From a virus, in the IMG/VR virus record IMGVR_UViG_3300032323_000894, positions 1-64,000 of that record: a stretch of 64,000 bases of DNA; one strand, 5' to 3'. A program made the translations under genes and the position numbers. The first letter of the stretch is position 1; each line of letters begins with the position of its first letter. Positions 39,604 through 49,497 of this stretch are shown piece after piece. Below the pieces are notes generated by a model. The model did not search any database, was not told where the DNA came from, and saw nothing but the letters and a program-made list of their open reading frames with translations.

Positions 39604-40916
39604 TGCCCAACATAAGGCCCCTTCCTGTATTCCCTGGAATTACTGAAAAATCTGCTAAGACTTTAAAAGAAAAAGTTAGCGCTAGCGTTCAGTCTGTTTC
39701 ACCTGCAGCAAAAGCAAACACTAAAATTAAACGTTTAAATGAGCAGATAGCCGCGCTAAAAAAGAATCTGCAAACTTCCTTAACTAGATTGGGGGAGATT
39801 ACTAAAATATTAGAAAAACCACCACTACAGGTTCTTTGGGGTGTTATATACGTTAATAGGTATTACATTCCTTGGCTTCCCGAAGGAAAAGACTTAGCTA
39901 CACCAACTGAGGCTAAAAAAGTCAAACAAGACCTAATTGCTAGTATTGCAGAAACTAGAGAAAATATTAGAAAGCTAGAGGGAGCATTAAATAGCTCCTC
40001 TAAACAGCAAGAGCAGCAACAGAAAAACGGCAATAAAGGCAATAGAGGCAATAGAGGCAATAAGGAAGACGTTAGCGGAGGACCGCCGTCTTCTGACCCC
40101 GCTAATACAGCTATTGAGTACAACGTAAGCTCAGTTAAAGAAGCCTACTTCACTAGTAAACAGGACACCCTAGACACCGCAAAACTTTTTGCTGGAAATA
40201 CTCCTGCAAAAGTTACTCAAGCTATGGACCTGTGGAAAGCGGGAGTATCAAGTAAGGGAATGATTGTTACCCACATTCCTCCTGGCCCTAAACCTGCTCA
40301 GTATATGGATAGTAATGGTAATTGGGCTGTTCCTGGTGATGCTTCCTCTATAAAACGTTCAGGGTTTCAATTCTTGTACAACCCTACAACTATAGGCATG
40401 ACCTACGGCGGGGTTCCCCCAGTTGACATCACTATGTCCACTTCTGGTCTGGAAGACTACACGCTTCAAGCCCCCAGCATTTATCAATCCGCAATTAATT
40501 TTGAAATATTAATTAATAGAATGCACGATTTAGAGTACATAGGGGAAAACGGCACAATAAAGGGAGGCTTAAGAGCTTCTGATTTGTGGGTAGGAAATAT
40601 TCCAGATACTAAAACTTTAAATCGTATTTACAATAAAGGAACAATGTACGACATAGAGTTTTTGCTAAAGACTATGTTTGCCGTAGACCCATTCCCGAGT
40701 TTACTCCGCGGAAGAACCACAGACATTGGTTTCTTAGGCCCATCTCCCGTAGAACTGCACTTAGGAAAAAAACTACGGTATGTAGTAATGGTTGACAGCA
40801 TAACTGTAGACCACGTTATTTTTAACAGTCAAATGGTGCCGATGTTTAGCACAGTACGTGTTTCCACACGCAGAATTCCAGACTACAGGCCAGGAAAGGT
40901 TTCAAATGCTTCTTAG
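39603..40916 (+). CDS. Putative tube-initiator/baseplate protein
   Basis: GFQFLYNPTTI and V.H..F...M.P..S.V.V motifs; after tape measure. Confidence 0.55.
   Translation: MPNIRPLPVFPGITEKSAKTLKEKVSASVQSVSPAAKANTKIKRLNEQIAALKKNLQTSLTRLGEITKILEKPPLQVLWGVIYVNRYYIPWLPEGKDLATPTEAKKVKQDLIASIAETRENIRKLEGALNSSSKQQEQQQKNGNKGNRGNRGNKEDVSGGPPSSDPANTAIEYNVSSVKEAYFTSKQDTLDTAKLFAGNTPAKVTQAMDLWKAGVSSKGMIVTHIPPGPKPAQYMDSNGNWAVPGDASSIKRSGFQFLYNPTTIGMTYGGVPPVDITMSTSGLEDYTLQAPSIYQSAINFEILINRMHDLEYIGENGTIKGGLRASDLWVGNIPDTKTLNRIYNKGTMYDIEFLLKTMFAVDPFPSLLRGRTTDIGFLGPSPVELHLGKKLRYVVMVDSITVDHVIFNSQMVPMFSTVRVSTRRIPDYRPGKVSNAS
40029..40064 (+). repeat. In-frame 4 x 9-nt tandem repeat GGCAATARR (GNK/GNR)
   Basis: GGCAATAAA GGCAATAGA GGCAATAGA GGCAATAAG. 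Confidence 0.85.
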
Positions 40917-40928
40917 GAGTTGGTTTTA

Positions 40929-41204
40929 ATGATTTTTACAGATAGTAGATACGCTTCTGGTATTTTGACTAAGTCGTATGACGCAAGAAAGCAGTCCTAC
41001 GGAGTTACTGTTTTTCGCCAATTTACCGAAGACTCTTCGTCTTTCTTTTACTACACGTGGACTCAAAAAGACAGGATAGATTTAGTAGCAGCTGAGCTAT
41101 TAAACGACCCAAATCTTTGGTGGTTAATTATGGATTACAATCCAGAAATTTCAAACCCATTTGATATTCCCCTAGGAACTGTGCTAAGGATACCTGGTGA
41201 GTAA
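40929..41204 (+). CDS. LysM-like baseplate protein (T4 gp53/P2 gpX-like)
   Basis: DRIDLVA...L.DP.LWW.I.D.NP.I..P..IP.GT.LRIP. Confidence 0.8.
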   Translation: MIFTDSRYASGILTKSYDARKQSYGVTVFRQFTEDSSSFFYYTWTQKDRIDLVAAELLNDPNLWWLIMDYNPEISNPFDIPLGTVLRIPGE

Positions 41205-42609
41205 AGAACCTATTATTGGAAAATCTAGGCGCTCCTCTCCCTTTAGTGTTCAATTTCCGACATTGCCTTCTATAAAGGCGCAACCTCAGACCGTCATGTT
41301 AAAGCAAAAGCAAAAGAAACATGACGTATTAATTATTGAATATCCTGCAACTAGCTTTAAAAACGCAAGAGTTTTAAAAACAGGTGTTCCTGTTAAGTTT
41401 GTCTGGAGACAGGGTTCTCGAAAAGCTGAGTGGCTTGGATATGTCACTTCTGTTTCTAGAAAATCTTCTTCTCAATTTTTGCAGCCTATGAAAGTTTACT
41501 GCGTTGGTGCTTCGTTTGTACTAAAACAAACTAAAACTAAAACGTACAAAAATAAAACTGTATCTGAAGTTGCTGCAGTAATTGCTAAAGAAAATAATCT
41601 TAGATTTGTCGGAGATAGGGATAAAAGAAGATTTAATCAGCTAGCTATTTCTGGGCACAGTCAGTGGGAATGGTTACAAGAGCAGGCTAATCGTGTAGGT
41701 TACGTGGCTTATGCCCAAGGAACTAACTTAGTGTTTAAGTCAATAGACAAGATAATTGACGAAAAATCTTTAGATGCGCCAATTTTTCAATTGTGGAGTC
41801 CGTACATACCAAGAACACCCCAAGGATTAGACAGAACTTTGGATTCTATAGAGGTGTTGGTTGGAGAAAACAACGAAGGCGATTACCCCACAAGGGCTGT
41901 AAAACAAACTGGTGGAGTAGACCCTGTAAAAGGAACATCATTTACTAATAAAAAGTCACCTTCAAGGTCAGGAAAGTCTGTTAGAGAAAGTGTTGCAGAT
42001 ACGCTGTTTGATGAGCTTAATAGTGACCAAGTAGTTAGCAGTAAAGCTGACTCTAGAGCAGCTTCGTCAGGAGCAGCTGAACTTGCAAGGTTTAATATAC
42101 CAGCTAAAGTTATTGGGCAGGGAGACCCTCGAATACACCCGTATCAAATGATAGAAATACAGGGCTCAGGAAATGACACTGATGGCCACTGGATTGTGCG
42201 GGAAGCTACGCACAAGTTTCTTTATGGAGGTTACTACACTATAGAAATGATTGTAGCTACTGACGGTCTTGGAAAAAATACCAGAAAAACTAGAAACTCT
42301 TCCAGAAATAGAGCTATAGACCCATTTAGGTCAGAGACTGTAAAGAGCGCAATTGATGTTGAGTACTTACTTAACAAAAACAAACGCCCTTTTAATTCTC
42401 GAGGAAATGACTCTTCAGTAAACCTAGCTGTAGAGCTAAACAGGACAGGAAATCCTTTTTCAATAGGAAATTCCAGGGAAACTAGCTCGGCTAGACTTTC
42501 TGCTAATAAGCCACTGTTAACAAATGTTGAAAACCAAGGGTATTTACGAACACCAACTGTTTGGAAAACTAAGGCCCCAACCTCAAGAAATCCAAGAAAA
42601 GCTAGTTAA
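41197..42609 (+). CDS. Baseplate hub (P2 gpD/T4 gp27-like)
   Basis: TVSEVA..IA.EN.L, S.WE.L...A.R.GY, GDPRI.P...IEI.G...DG.W.V.EA.H. Confidence 0.75.
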   Translation: MSKEPIIGKSRRSSPFSVQFPTLPSIKAQPQTVMLKQKQKKHDVLIIEYPATSFKNARVLKTGVPVKFVWRQGSRKAEWLGYVTSVSRKSSSQFLQPMKVYCVGASFVLKQTKTKTYKNKTVSEVAAVIAKENNLRFVGDRDKRRFNQLAISGHSQWEWLQEQANRVGYVAYAQGTNLVFKSIDKIIDEKSLDAPIFQLWSPYIPRTPQGLDRTLDSIEVLVGENNEGDYPTRAVKQTGGVDPVKGTSFTNKKSPSRSGKSVRESVADTLFDELNSDQVVSSKADSRAASSGAAELARFNIPAKVIGQGDPRIHPYQMIEIQGSGNDTDGHWIVREATHKFLYGGYYTIEMIVATDGLGKNTRKTRNSSRNRAIDPFRSETVKSAIDVEYLLNKNKRPFNSRGNDSSVNLAVELNRTGNPFSIGNSRETSSARLSANKPLLTNVENQGYLRTPTVWKTKAPTSRNPRKAS

Positions 42610-42624
42610 TTTTAAAGGAGTCTA

Positions 42625-43041
42625 ATGTCAAAATCACCCGTGTATGAAATGGCCATAAGCTTGCCATTTAAAATAGATAACTTTGGCGGAGTTGCTGTGA
42701 CCATGTCCCAAGAGAAAATTTGGGCTGATAGGGTACGTAGCGCTATTGGTACCCAGTTAAAAGAGCGTGTATTTAGGGCTGATTACGGCACCACTATCCC
42801 AGTGACGCTATTTGAGGACACCGACTTGATGACCGCAACCATTGAAGAAGAGGTGGAAAGAGCCTTTATTGAGTACCTTCCTACCCTACAATTAGATGTA
42901 GTAGAGGCCACGTACGACAGGTCTCAGGACACTATATTTGCTGAAGTAGGCTACTTTCTGCCAAATAAAGACCAAACGTCTGTTGTAATCGGTATTGCCA
43001 GACTTTCTACTACTAGACCAATTGATGAGGAACTACTATGA
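42625..43041 (+). CDS. Baseplate wedge/sheath initiator (gp25-like)
   Basis: ISLPF, T...ERV.R.DYGT.....LFE. Confidence 0.85.
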   Translation: MSKSPVYEMAISLPFKIDNFGGVAVTMSQEKIWADRVRSAIGTQLKERVFRADYGTTIPVTLFEDTDLMTATIEEEVERAFIEYLPTLQLDVVEATYDRSQDTIFAEVGYFLPNKDQTSVVIGIARLSTTRPIDEELL

Positions 43042-45122
43042 CAGCCCCAGTAAGCAACATTCCCGTATCGGTAGATTACACTTCTAGGGATTACTACGCT
43101 CTGCGTGAGGACTTAATTAACCTCGTAAAAGCAAGGGTAAACTCAGGCTCCTCCAAACAATGGTCTGGGGAAGACCCTTCAGACTTTGGTCTAGCGTTGG
43201 TTGAGGCATTTGCCTACATCGGTGACTTGACAAACTATTACATTGACAGAATTGCAAACGAAACCTACTTACCTACAGCTACTCAGCGAAAAAACATCTT
43301 AAATATCGCAAGACTGTACGGATATGCCCCTACTGGTTTTAGAGCTTCTCAACTACAAGTTGAGTTTACTAACTCATACACTACAGACGTAACAAACGCT
43401 GTTGGAAACGGAACCCTTATAACTTATACTGCTGCTAATGACTTTGTAGTGGGAGATGTAGTAACGATTTCCGCAGTTAATCCTTCTGGGTTTAATTTAA
43501 GTAACAAAGAAGTAGTGTCTTGCACCCCAACAAGTTTTGCTGTAAGCAGCACTTTTAGTGGAGCTTACGTTAGTGATGGTGTTGTTGGCAAGGCTATATC
43601 AATACCTGCAGGAACCCAAGTAAGTGGCTCAGTCATTAAAGATGACGTAGTAGAAGAAGTTGTGTTTACTACACTAGAAACAGTAGAAATCCCAGCTTCT
43701 TTAGAAAATTCTGTGGGGTCTGTCTTGGCTTGGGCAAAAAATGGAGAAGACATTCGCTTAAGGCCAGGTAACGAAGCTCAAAATGAATTAGACATTGCTG
43801 GTGAACTTATTGGTACGTCAAATGGATTTGCTAATCAAACTTACATTCTTACTGAAAACGAAGTAGTAACTGAAGATATAGAGGTGTATGTTGAGGCGGG
43901 AGACCTTTATGAGCCTTGGCAGCAAGTTACCAATCTAATTGACTACGGTCCGACCGACGCAGTGTTCCGTACTGAATTAGACGAAAACAACTTTGTTTCT
44001 ATCATTTTTGGTGACGGTATCTCGGGCGCTATACCAAACACTATGTCTGGAATTAAAGCAGTTTACTATGTTGGGGGAGGAACTATAGGAAACGTTTCTG
44101 CGGGAACTATTGACACAATTGACTACATTCCTAACTTAACATCCGTACAACTAAACTCATTATCTGAATTTGTTTCTGTTGGCAATCCAGGAACTGTAGG
44201 TGTTGGCGGCTCAGAGCCTGAAGATAACTTTAGTATTAGAACTAACGCTGCTCTTGCAGTTCGCTCTAATAACAGGGTTGTTAGTTTTCAGGATTACGAA
44301 TCATTGGCTTTATTTGTAGAAAATTGCGGAAAAGCCAACGCAACGGCAGCGGTATGGACATCAGTAACCCTATATGTTGCACCTATCAGGAACCAAGGAG
44401 ATTTAGATAAATTCCCTGGCTTTGATGGTGCTAATGATGAAGTGACTTCAGAATGGAACGCTCTACGAGACAATGTACTAGAGTATTTTGAAGGAAAAAC
44501 TCTAATTGGTGCATCTCTTCAAGTATCTCCCCCAACGTATTCCCCAGTGTCTATTGACGTAGTGTTTACTAAAAATGACAACTACACCTCTGAGCAAGCT
44601 GAAGACGATATTAAAAAAGCTTTGGTTACTACTTTTGGGTACGCAAACTTAGACTTTGAGCAAACAATTACCCCAGAACTAGTTGAAAGTGTTCTAATTG
44701 GTCTTCCAAGTATAAAAACCTCTAGAGTAACTAACCTATACAAAACTGGTCAGACTCCTAAAAGAGCAGCCCTTATAGGTTCCCCAGCTGAAATATTTGT
44801 ATTTTTAGAATCAGATATTGATGTTTTAGAGTCCTCTAACGACGCTCAGTTGTCTGCGCTAACCGCATCTAGCGGAACCCTAAGCCCTGTGTTTAACAGC
44901 GACTTTTACGCCTACAACTTGGTAGGAGTTAGCGCCTCAACTGTCACGCTAACTCCTGTAGGAGCTGCAGGTTCGACAATAACCGTTAACGGAGTCTCTG
45001 CTGCTACACCTGTTACTCTAGGTGCTGTAGGAAGCACCACTACTGTTTCAATTGCAGTTATTGCTCCTGATGGAACTACTGTTCGAGTGTACACCGTATC
45101 TATCTTTAGAGTCGCTCCGTAA
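43038..45122 (+). CDS. Baseplate J/T4 gp6-like wedge protein with C-terminal cadherin-like beta-sandwich
   Basis: DYTSRDY, D.G..LVE.FAY.GD...YY.D..ANE..L.TA, FGDG..G.IP, GG...E, R.V...DYE; tail SNDAQLSAL...LSP.F..D...Y. Confidence 0.88.
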   Translation: MTAPVSNIPVSVDYTSRDYYALREDLINLVKARVNSGSSKQWSGEDPSDFGLALVEAFAYIGDLTNYYIDRIANETYLPTATQRKNILNIARLYGYAPTGFRASQLQVEFTNSYTTDVTNAVGNGTLITYTAANDFVVGDVVTISAVNPSGFNLSNKEVVSCTPTSFAVSSTFSGAYVSDGVVGKAISIPAGTQVSGSVIKDDVVEEVVFTTLETVEIPASLENSVGSVLAWAKNGEDIRLRPGNEAQNELDIAGELIGTSNGFANQTYILTENEVVTEDIEVYVEAGDLYEPWQQVTNLIDYGPTDAVFRTELDENNFVSIIFGDGISGAIPNTMSGIKAVYYVGGGTIGNVSAGTIDTIDYIPNLTSVQLNSLSEFVSVGNPGTVGVGGSEPEDNFSIRTNAALAVRSNNRVVSFQDYESLALFVENCGKANATAAVWTSVTLYVAPIRNQGDLDKFPGFDGANDEVTSEWNALRDNVLEYFEGKTLIGASLQVSPPTYSPVSIDVVFTKNDNYTSEQAEDDIKKALVTTFGYANLDFEQTITPELVESVLIGLPSIKTSRVTNLYKTGQTPKRAALIGSPAEIFVFLESDIDVLESSNDAQLSALTASSGTLSPVFNSDFYAYNLVGVSASTVTLTPVGAAGSTITVNGVSAATPVTLGAVGSTTTVSIAVIAPDGTTVRVYTVSIFRVAP

Positions 45123-45595
45123 TGAAAGACGACTCTGGTAACAGGAGATTTTACGGGGTATACAGAGGTACAGTAACTAACGTAAAAGACCCAGAAAACA
45201 AGAAGAGAATCAAGGCTAGGGTACCCCAAGTATTGGGTGATGGAACCACGGACTGGATGTGGTGTAGCGACTACTCTGCGCAGAGCGCTGTTCCGCCGTC
45301 GATTGGTCAAGGTATTTGGGTAATGTTTGAGGGAGGAGACCCCTCTTTCCCTGTATGGACTGGTACTTTCGGTACGCATAAAGGCACTGGACACCAGGTA
45401 AATATACGGCCATTAAATACTGGGTCTTATCCATCTACGGTTAAGCTTAGGTCTACTGGTTCTGGGGCCAAAGAGCTTGATTTAATCGCTACGGTAATAG
45501 CTATAGCAAAAACGGTGGAAGATATACGCCTGTCTTTAAACTCTCATGGTGGTGGCGAGTTTGAATCGCCCCCTACAGACGTACAAAACTATTAG
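45122..45595 (+). CDS. Baseplate spike, gp5/gpV OB-fold
   Basis: YG.YRG.V....DP....RIK..VP.V.G.....W...P.IG..WV.FEGGDP..PVW.G. Confidence 0.85.
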   Translation: MKDDSGNRRFYGVYRGTVTNVKDPENKKRIKARVPQVLGDGTTDWMWCSDYSAQSAVPPSIGQGIWVMFEGGDPSFPVWTGTFGTHKGTGHQVNIRPLNTGSYPSTVKLRSTGSGAKELDLIATVIAIAKTVEDIRLSLNSHGGGEFESPPTDVQNY

Positions 45596-45652
45596 TTCAC
45601 CAAATAATTACCCTGTAAAACAGCGAAAATAGAACTATATTTAGGAGATTTA

Positions 45653-46123
45653 ATGCCATCTAACTACCCTTCCAGCATCAAGGTCTGGTCACCAACCGAT
45701 GCGGGATTTAACTATCCAGAAGATTTAAAAGAGGTTGTTTACGCTCGCCACGTTACTACTATTTACGATGAAGTAACTGCTGTTCAGCAAGAATTAGGCG
45801 CAGGCTCTGGAGGACTAAAGACCAGTGTTATTGACAGTCTTTCTCCTTTTGACCCACTTACTAGCGGAAAAACTTGGCCAAATCTTAGGACAAGACTATT
45901 CAACATGGAACAAGGGGCTATTGACGGCTCCCTTAAGCGCGTAAGCATTTTAGGTGGGTCAACTATTACCCCATCTTCAGCTTCTACTGTAGGATTAACT
46001 GTTCGAGCTGCAACTGTACAAACGGCAAACTTAATTGAAATTAGAAACACAAGTAACGTTGTCAGAACCGCCTTTGGTTCTGATGGTCTAATCTCAGGAG
46101 TAATTGACGGCGGCAACGCTTAA
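45653..46123 (+). CDS. Hypothetical tail protein ending in a DGG motif
   Basis: AGGAG SD; C-terminus SGVIDGGNA. Confidence 0.65.
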   Translation: MPSNYPSSIKVWSPTDAGFNYPEDLKEVVYARHVTTIYDEVTAVQQELGAGSGGLKTSVIDSLSPFDPLTSGKTWPNLRTRLFNMEQGAIDGSLKRVSILGGSTITPSSASTVGLTVRAATVQTANLIEIRNTSNVVRTAFGSDGLISGVIDGGNA

Positions 46124-46133
46124 GGAGAATTAA

Positions 46134-49100
46134 ATGGGACTCTATAACGTTGCGGGGTACGATTCTGGTGATATTTACGGAGATATTCCAAAACTCCAGT
46201 ACTACTCAGAACCTTTTAGGTCGATAGCAGTTAGCTATACCCAAATTGAACTTACTTGGGTAATTCCTTCTGGTGACTTTTTTGAACTGAGAGTAGTAAG
46301 AAGTACCGATGGATTTCCAGAAACTTCTGAAGACGGCGCTGTAGTCTATTCGTGGAACGTAACTACTGCAGGAGTTCTAGAGTCTAGTTTCTTAGACGGA
46401 GAAGACTCCTCAATACCACTAGTTCCTGGAAGATTTACTTATTACAGGATTTGGCTAAAAAATGCGCTTGGTAATTGGGTAATTGCTGCAGACTCGTACA
46501 CCCTGCTACCAATCAATCACACTACGTATTCCCCTGATGGAACAGCGCTAGTAACAACCAAAAATAAACTTCTTGAAGTGCTTCCTAAAGTATTTACTAC
46601 GGCTTCTCAGTCTCCTTTGGATGAGATTGACCCTAACTCTGATTTAGCTAAGTTTTTAGAAGGACCAGCATTTGAATTAGATAGAATGCTAACTTATGCT
46701 GAGCTACTTCTTCCCCTAGAAAGTAACAGGCTAGTTGGCCCTGAGATATTGTTGCTTCAAAGTTTGCAGCTAGGAGTTCCACTAGAGCCCTACTTAGCAA
46801 CTAAACAGCAAAGACGCCTAACCCGTGAAGCTCTGTACATCTATCAAAACAAAGGAACTTACGCTGGTTTAGAGGCGTTTGTAGAAAGTTTTACTGGATT
46901 TGCTCCCGACATTTCTCCCTCCCCAAACCTAGTTCTAAGTCCACAAGACAGCAGCTTTACTGGTGGATTTGGTTTTTGGAGACCTGTAGGAGACGCAACC
47001 CTTGACCTAGAAACTACAGTACCAGGGGTTGGTCCAGAGGTAGAGCCGTATGTAGACGATTACAGATATGTAGCAAAAATTACTGCAAACGAAGTTGGCG
47101 CAAGAATCATAAATGGAACTGACGACCCTATTAGACAAGGAACTCCAGTAAAAGCTGGAGAAGCTTATGTATTTTCTGGATACGGTAAGGCTGCAGACGA
47201 AACCACTATGGGCGTATCTGCCTACGCTCTTTGGTACAACTACAAAGGCGAGTTAATCGACATAGACCCACCAAGAACGTTTGTTCAAACTCCACAATCT
47301 GTTACAGACGAGTGGACTCGGTTTGAATTTGTTGGAAGAGCTCCTGGCGTAGTTCGTGACGTTTCTGCATACAGTATCGAAGACGGGATAATTACTTTAT
47401 TTTTGTCTACTTTGAACGTCATGGTTAGAGGCGAAACCATCATTGTTGATGGGGTCAGTGATGACGTAGATGGGATTTACCAAATTGAAGGTGCTGGGGA
47501 CATTACGGAAATTCCAGAAGGCGGAATTGCTGGTCTTTTAGGTTCTAATTTAAACCAAATTTACCTAGCAACTAGCTTACCCGATACTCCTACCACAGAA
47601 GTAAGCGGAACTATTACTGAAGCAACCCCTGATGTTGGACCTACAACGTACGTCATTATGGCTGGAGAAATTGTAGACGGTGAGGCCACTGTAACGTTTG
47701 CTCTTCCTCACGATTTAGTTGTTGGAGACAAAATCGTAATTCAAGCTATGAGCTCGTACTTTAGCTACGGACTGCACACTATAACTGGTGTTGGAGTAAA
47801 CACTGTAGAATTTAGCATTTTTGAACCGTTTACTGGAGAGCCTGCAGTAGACGTTAGTGAGTCTTTTCCTGTAACTGGAGTTCCTTATGGAGGTGCTGTA
47901 AAAATTATTCCAGGGACTGGGACACCACTTGAGCCTGCAGTTTACGGTGGGTTTGAGCTCGTGTGTGCGACCACTGGAACACTGTACCTAGACCTATTCC
48001 AAATGGCGTCGTTCACTGTACAGGAATTTCACGAAGCTCGCGGTGTAGAGATGTTCTTAAACCCTACAAAAACTAACTATTTAAGGAACCCTGGATTCAA
48101 CCCTACAACGCTAGCATTAACTTGGTCAATTGCGGCCCAAGATTATCAGAGTGTAGATAGAACAGACGAGCCTCTTGAACTGCTAGAAGACGGTTACTCT
48201 TTAGAAGTAGAGACTCTAAACTGCGTGCCCACTTACCTTATGACTGCATACTCAGTTTCTGATGGAGTTGCTGAAGTAACTATAGGAACAAACGAACTTA
48301 GCGCTGGAGATGTGGTCCTAATTACGGGAGCAGGTCTGCAACCTGTTTACGGACAGCACCTAGTGCTCGCAGCTACTCCTACCACAGTTAGTTTTGCCCT
48401 AGAGTTACCAGACATTCCGACTACTCCAGCAGTAGCTGCAGTAACGCATCTTAAGTACGTAATGGTCGGATACTTGGTTAATAACAATATTGCTACAGTT
48501 ACGTTTACTGGTCCACACGGCATTGAAGAAGGTCAAATTGTTGACATTTCAGGTTTTGTTTCTAGCCCTATTTTGGGACAGCATTTAGTTACGGATATTG
48601 GCGCTAGCACTATTAGCTTTGCTTTTCAGGCCCCTAACAGTACTACAGTACCGTTAACTGCGGCAGTTACGGCGCTAACAACGGTCTCTACTAACTCGAC
48701 CATTATTGGCTCTGGAAAGTTTGTCAGCGCATCTTTTTACGCAAAAACTCTTGAGGAAAACTCTGAAGAAACCTTCACAGTAGTTATATCCGCAGTAAAC
48801 CTGTTAACACAACAGCCTGTATTTTCAACATCATTTCAAATAGAGGTTACCAATGAATTACAGCGATTTAACAAAGAGCTATTTGTTTCTAAAGTAGAGC
48901 CTGAAATTTATATAATAAATCTGACAATAGCTGGAAATACTAAGGGAAATACCGTGTACTTTGACAGAGCTGTAGTAGAGAATTCTTTTACTCCTACAGA
49001 TTACTTTGATGGGGATTTCCCAGCTTCTTACGGAGCTGTTTGGGAATCTATCCCGTTTGCCTCTGCTTCTCACTTGTACCCAAACCTTGCCATAAAAATG

Positions 49101-49196
49101 ACTAGATTAAAACAAGAGCTGGAAAAGTATCTTCCAATTAATACTTCGTTCTTGGTTCAATGGCATGGCGGCGGAATAGCCAAACCTTCAATTTAG
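46134..49196 (+). CDS. Large baseplate wedge/tail protein (P2 gpI/T4 gp7-like) with repeated beta domains
   Basis: FN3-like start; A..IYQ.KGT..GL...VE..TG; repeated ATVTF..PH.L..GD.V.I.G domains; C-terminal YFDG. Confidence 0.65.
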   Translation: MGLYNVAGYDSGDIYGDIPKLQYYSEPFRSIAVSYTQIELTWVIPSGDFFELRVVRSTDGFPETSEDGAVVYSWNVTTAGVLESSFLDGEDSSIPLVPGRFTYYRIWLKNALGNWVIAADSYTLLPINHTTYSPDGTALVTTKNKLLEVLPKVFTTASQSPLDEIDPNSDLAKFLEGPAFELDRMLTYAELLLPLESNRLVGPEILLLQSLQLGVPLEPYLATKQQRRLTREALYIYQNKGTYAGLEAFVESFTGFAPDISPSPNLVLSPQDSSFTGGFGFWRPVGDATLDLETTVPGVGPEVEPYVDDYRYVAKITANEVGARIINGTDDPIRQGTPVKAGEAYVFSGYGKAADETTMGVSAYALWYNYKGELIDIDPPRTFVQTPQSVTDEWTRFEFVGRAPGVVRDVSAYSIEDGIITLFLSTLNVMVRGETIIVDGVSDDVDGIYQIEGAGDITEIPEGGIAGLLGSNLNQIYLATSLPDTPTTEVSGTITEATPDVGPTTYVIMAGEIVDGEATVTFALPHDLVVGDKIVIQAMSSYFSYGLHTITGVGVNTVEFSIFEPFTGEPAVDVSESFPVTGVPYGGAVKIIPGTGTPLEPAVYGGFELVCATTGTLYLDLFQMASFTVQEFHEARGVEMFLNPTKTNYLRNPGFNPTTLALTWSIAAQDYQSVDRTDEPLELLEDGYSLEVETLNCVPTYLMTAYSVSDGVAEVTIGTNELSAGDVVLITGAGLQPVYGQHLVLAATPTTVSFALELPDIPTTPAVAAVTHLKYVMVGYLVNNNIATVTFTGPHGIEEGQIVDISGFVSSPILGQHLVTDIGASTISFAFQAPNSTTVPLTAAVTALTTVSTNSTIIGSGKFVSASFYAKTLEENSEETFTVVISAVNLLTQQPVFSTSFQIEVTNELQRFNKELFVSKVEPEIYIINLTIAGNTKGNTVYFDRAVVENSFTPTDYFDGDFPASYGAVWESIPFASASHLYPNLAIKMTRLKQELEKYLPINTSFLVQWHGGGIAKPSI

Positions 49197-49211
49197 TGCT
49201 ACTATCTAGCC

Positions 49212-49484
49212 ATGGATACTTTAGCTCACGTAATAGTTGCAGGCCTTGGAGTCGCCTTTATATTAGCCACAATTGACGATTTGTTAGGTCGGTACTTCCC
49301 TACTAAATGGGTAAAGGTCGTCTTAACCCTCCCCCTTTCTCTGTTACTCGTTTCCCCTTTAGGTGCTTACACCTTTGGTCAGTTGGTCGTCTTGGGTATT
49401 GCGGCAGGATTTTTTTCACTCTCGGCTTTACTTTTAATCAATCGACCTGTTAGTATACAAACTTCACCACGACGGAGAATTTAA
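49212..49484 (+). CDS. Small membrane protein (3 hydrophobic segments; holin-like?)
   Basis: Three TM-like stretches and a basic C-terminus; TACTAT 6 nt before the ATG (leaderless-type). Confidence 0.55.
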   Translation: MDTLAHVIVAGLGVAFILATIDDLLGRYFPTKWVKVVLTLPLSLLLVSPLGAYTFGQLVVLGIAAGFFSLSALLLINRPVSIQTSPRRRI

Positions 49485-49497
49485 AAAAGGAGTAAGA

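Noticed and set aside
34082-49196. Bacterial contractile injection system or tailocin
   Set aside because: Terminase, portal, capsid and a full replication module show it is a complete phage.
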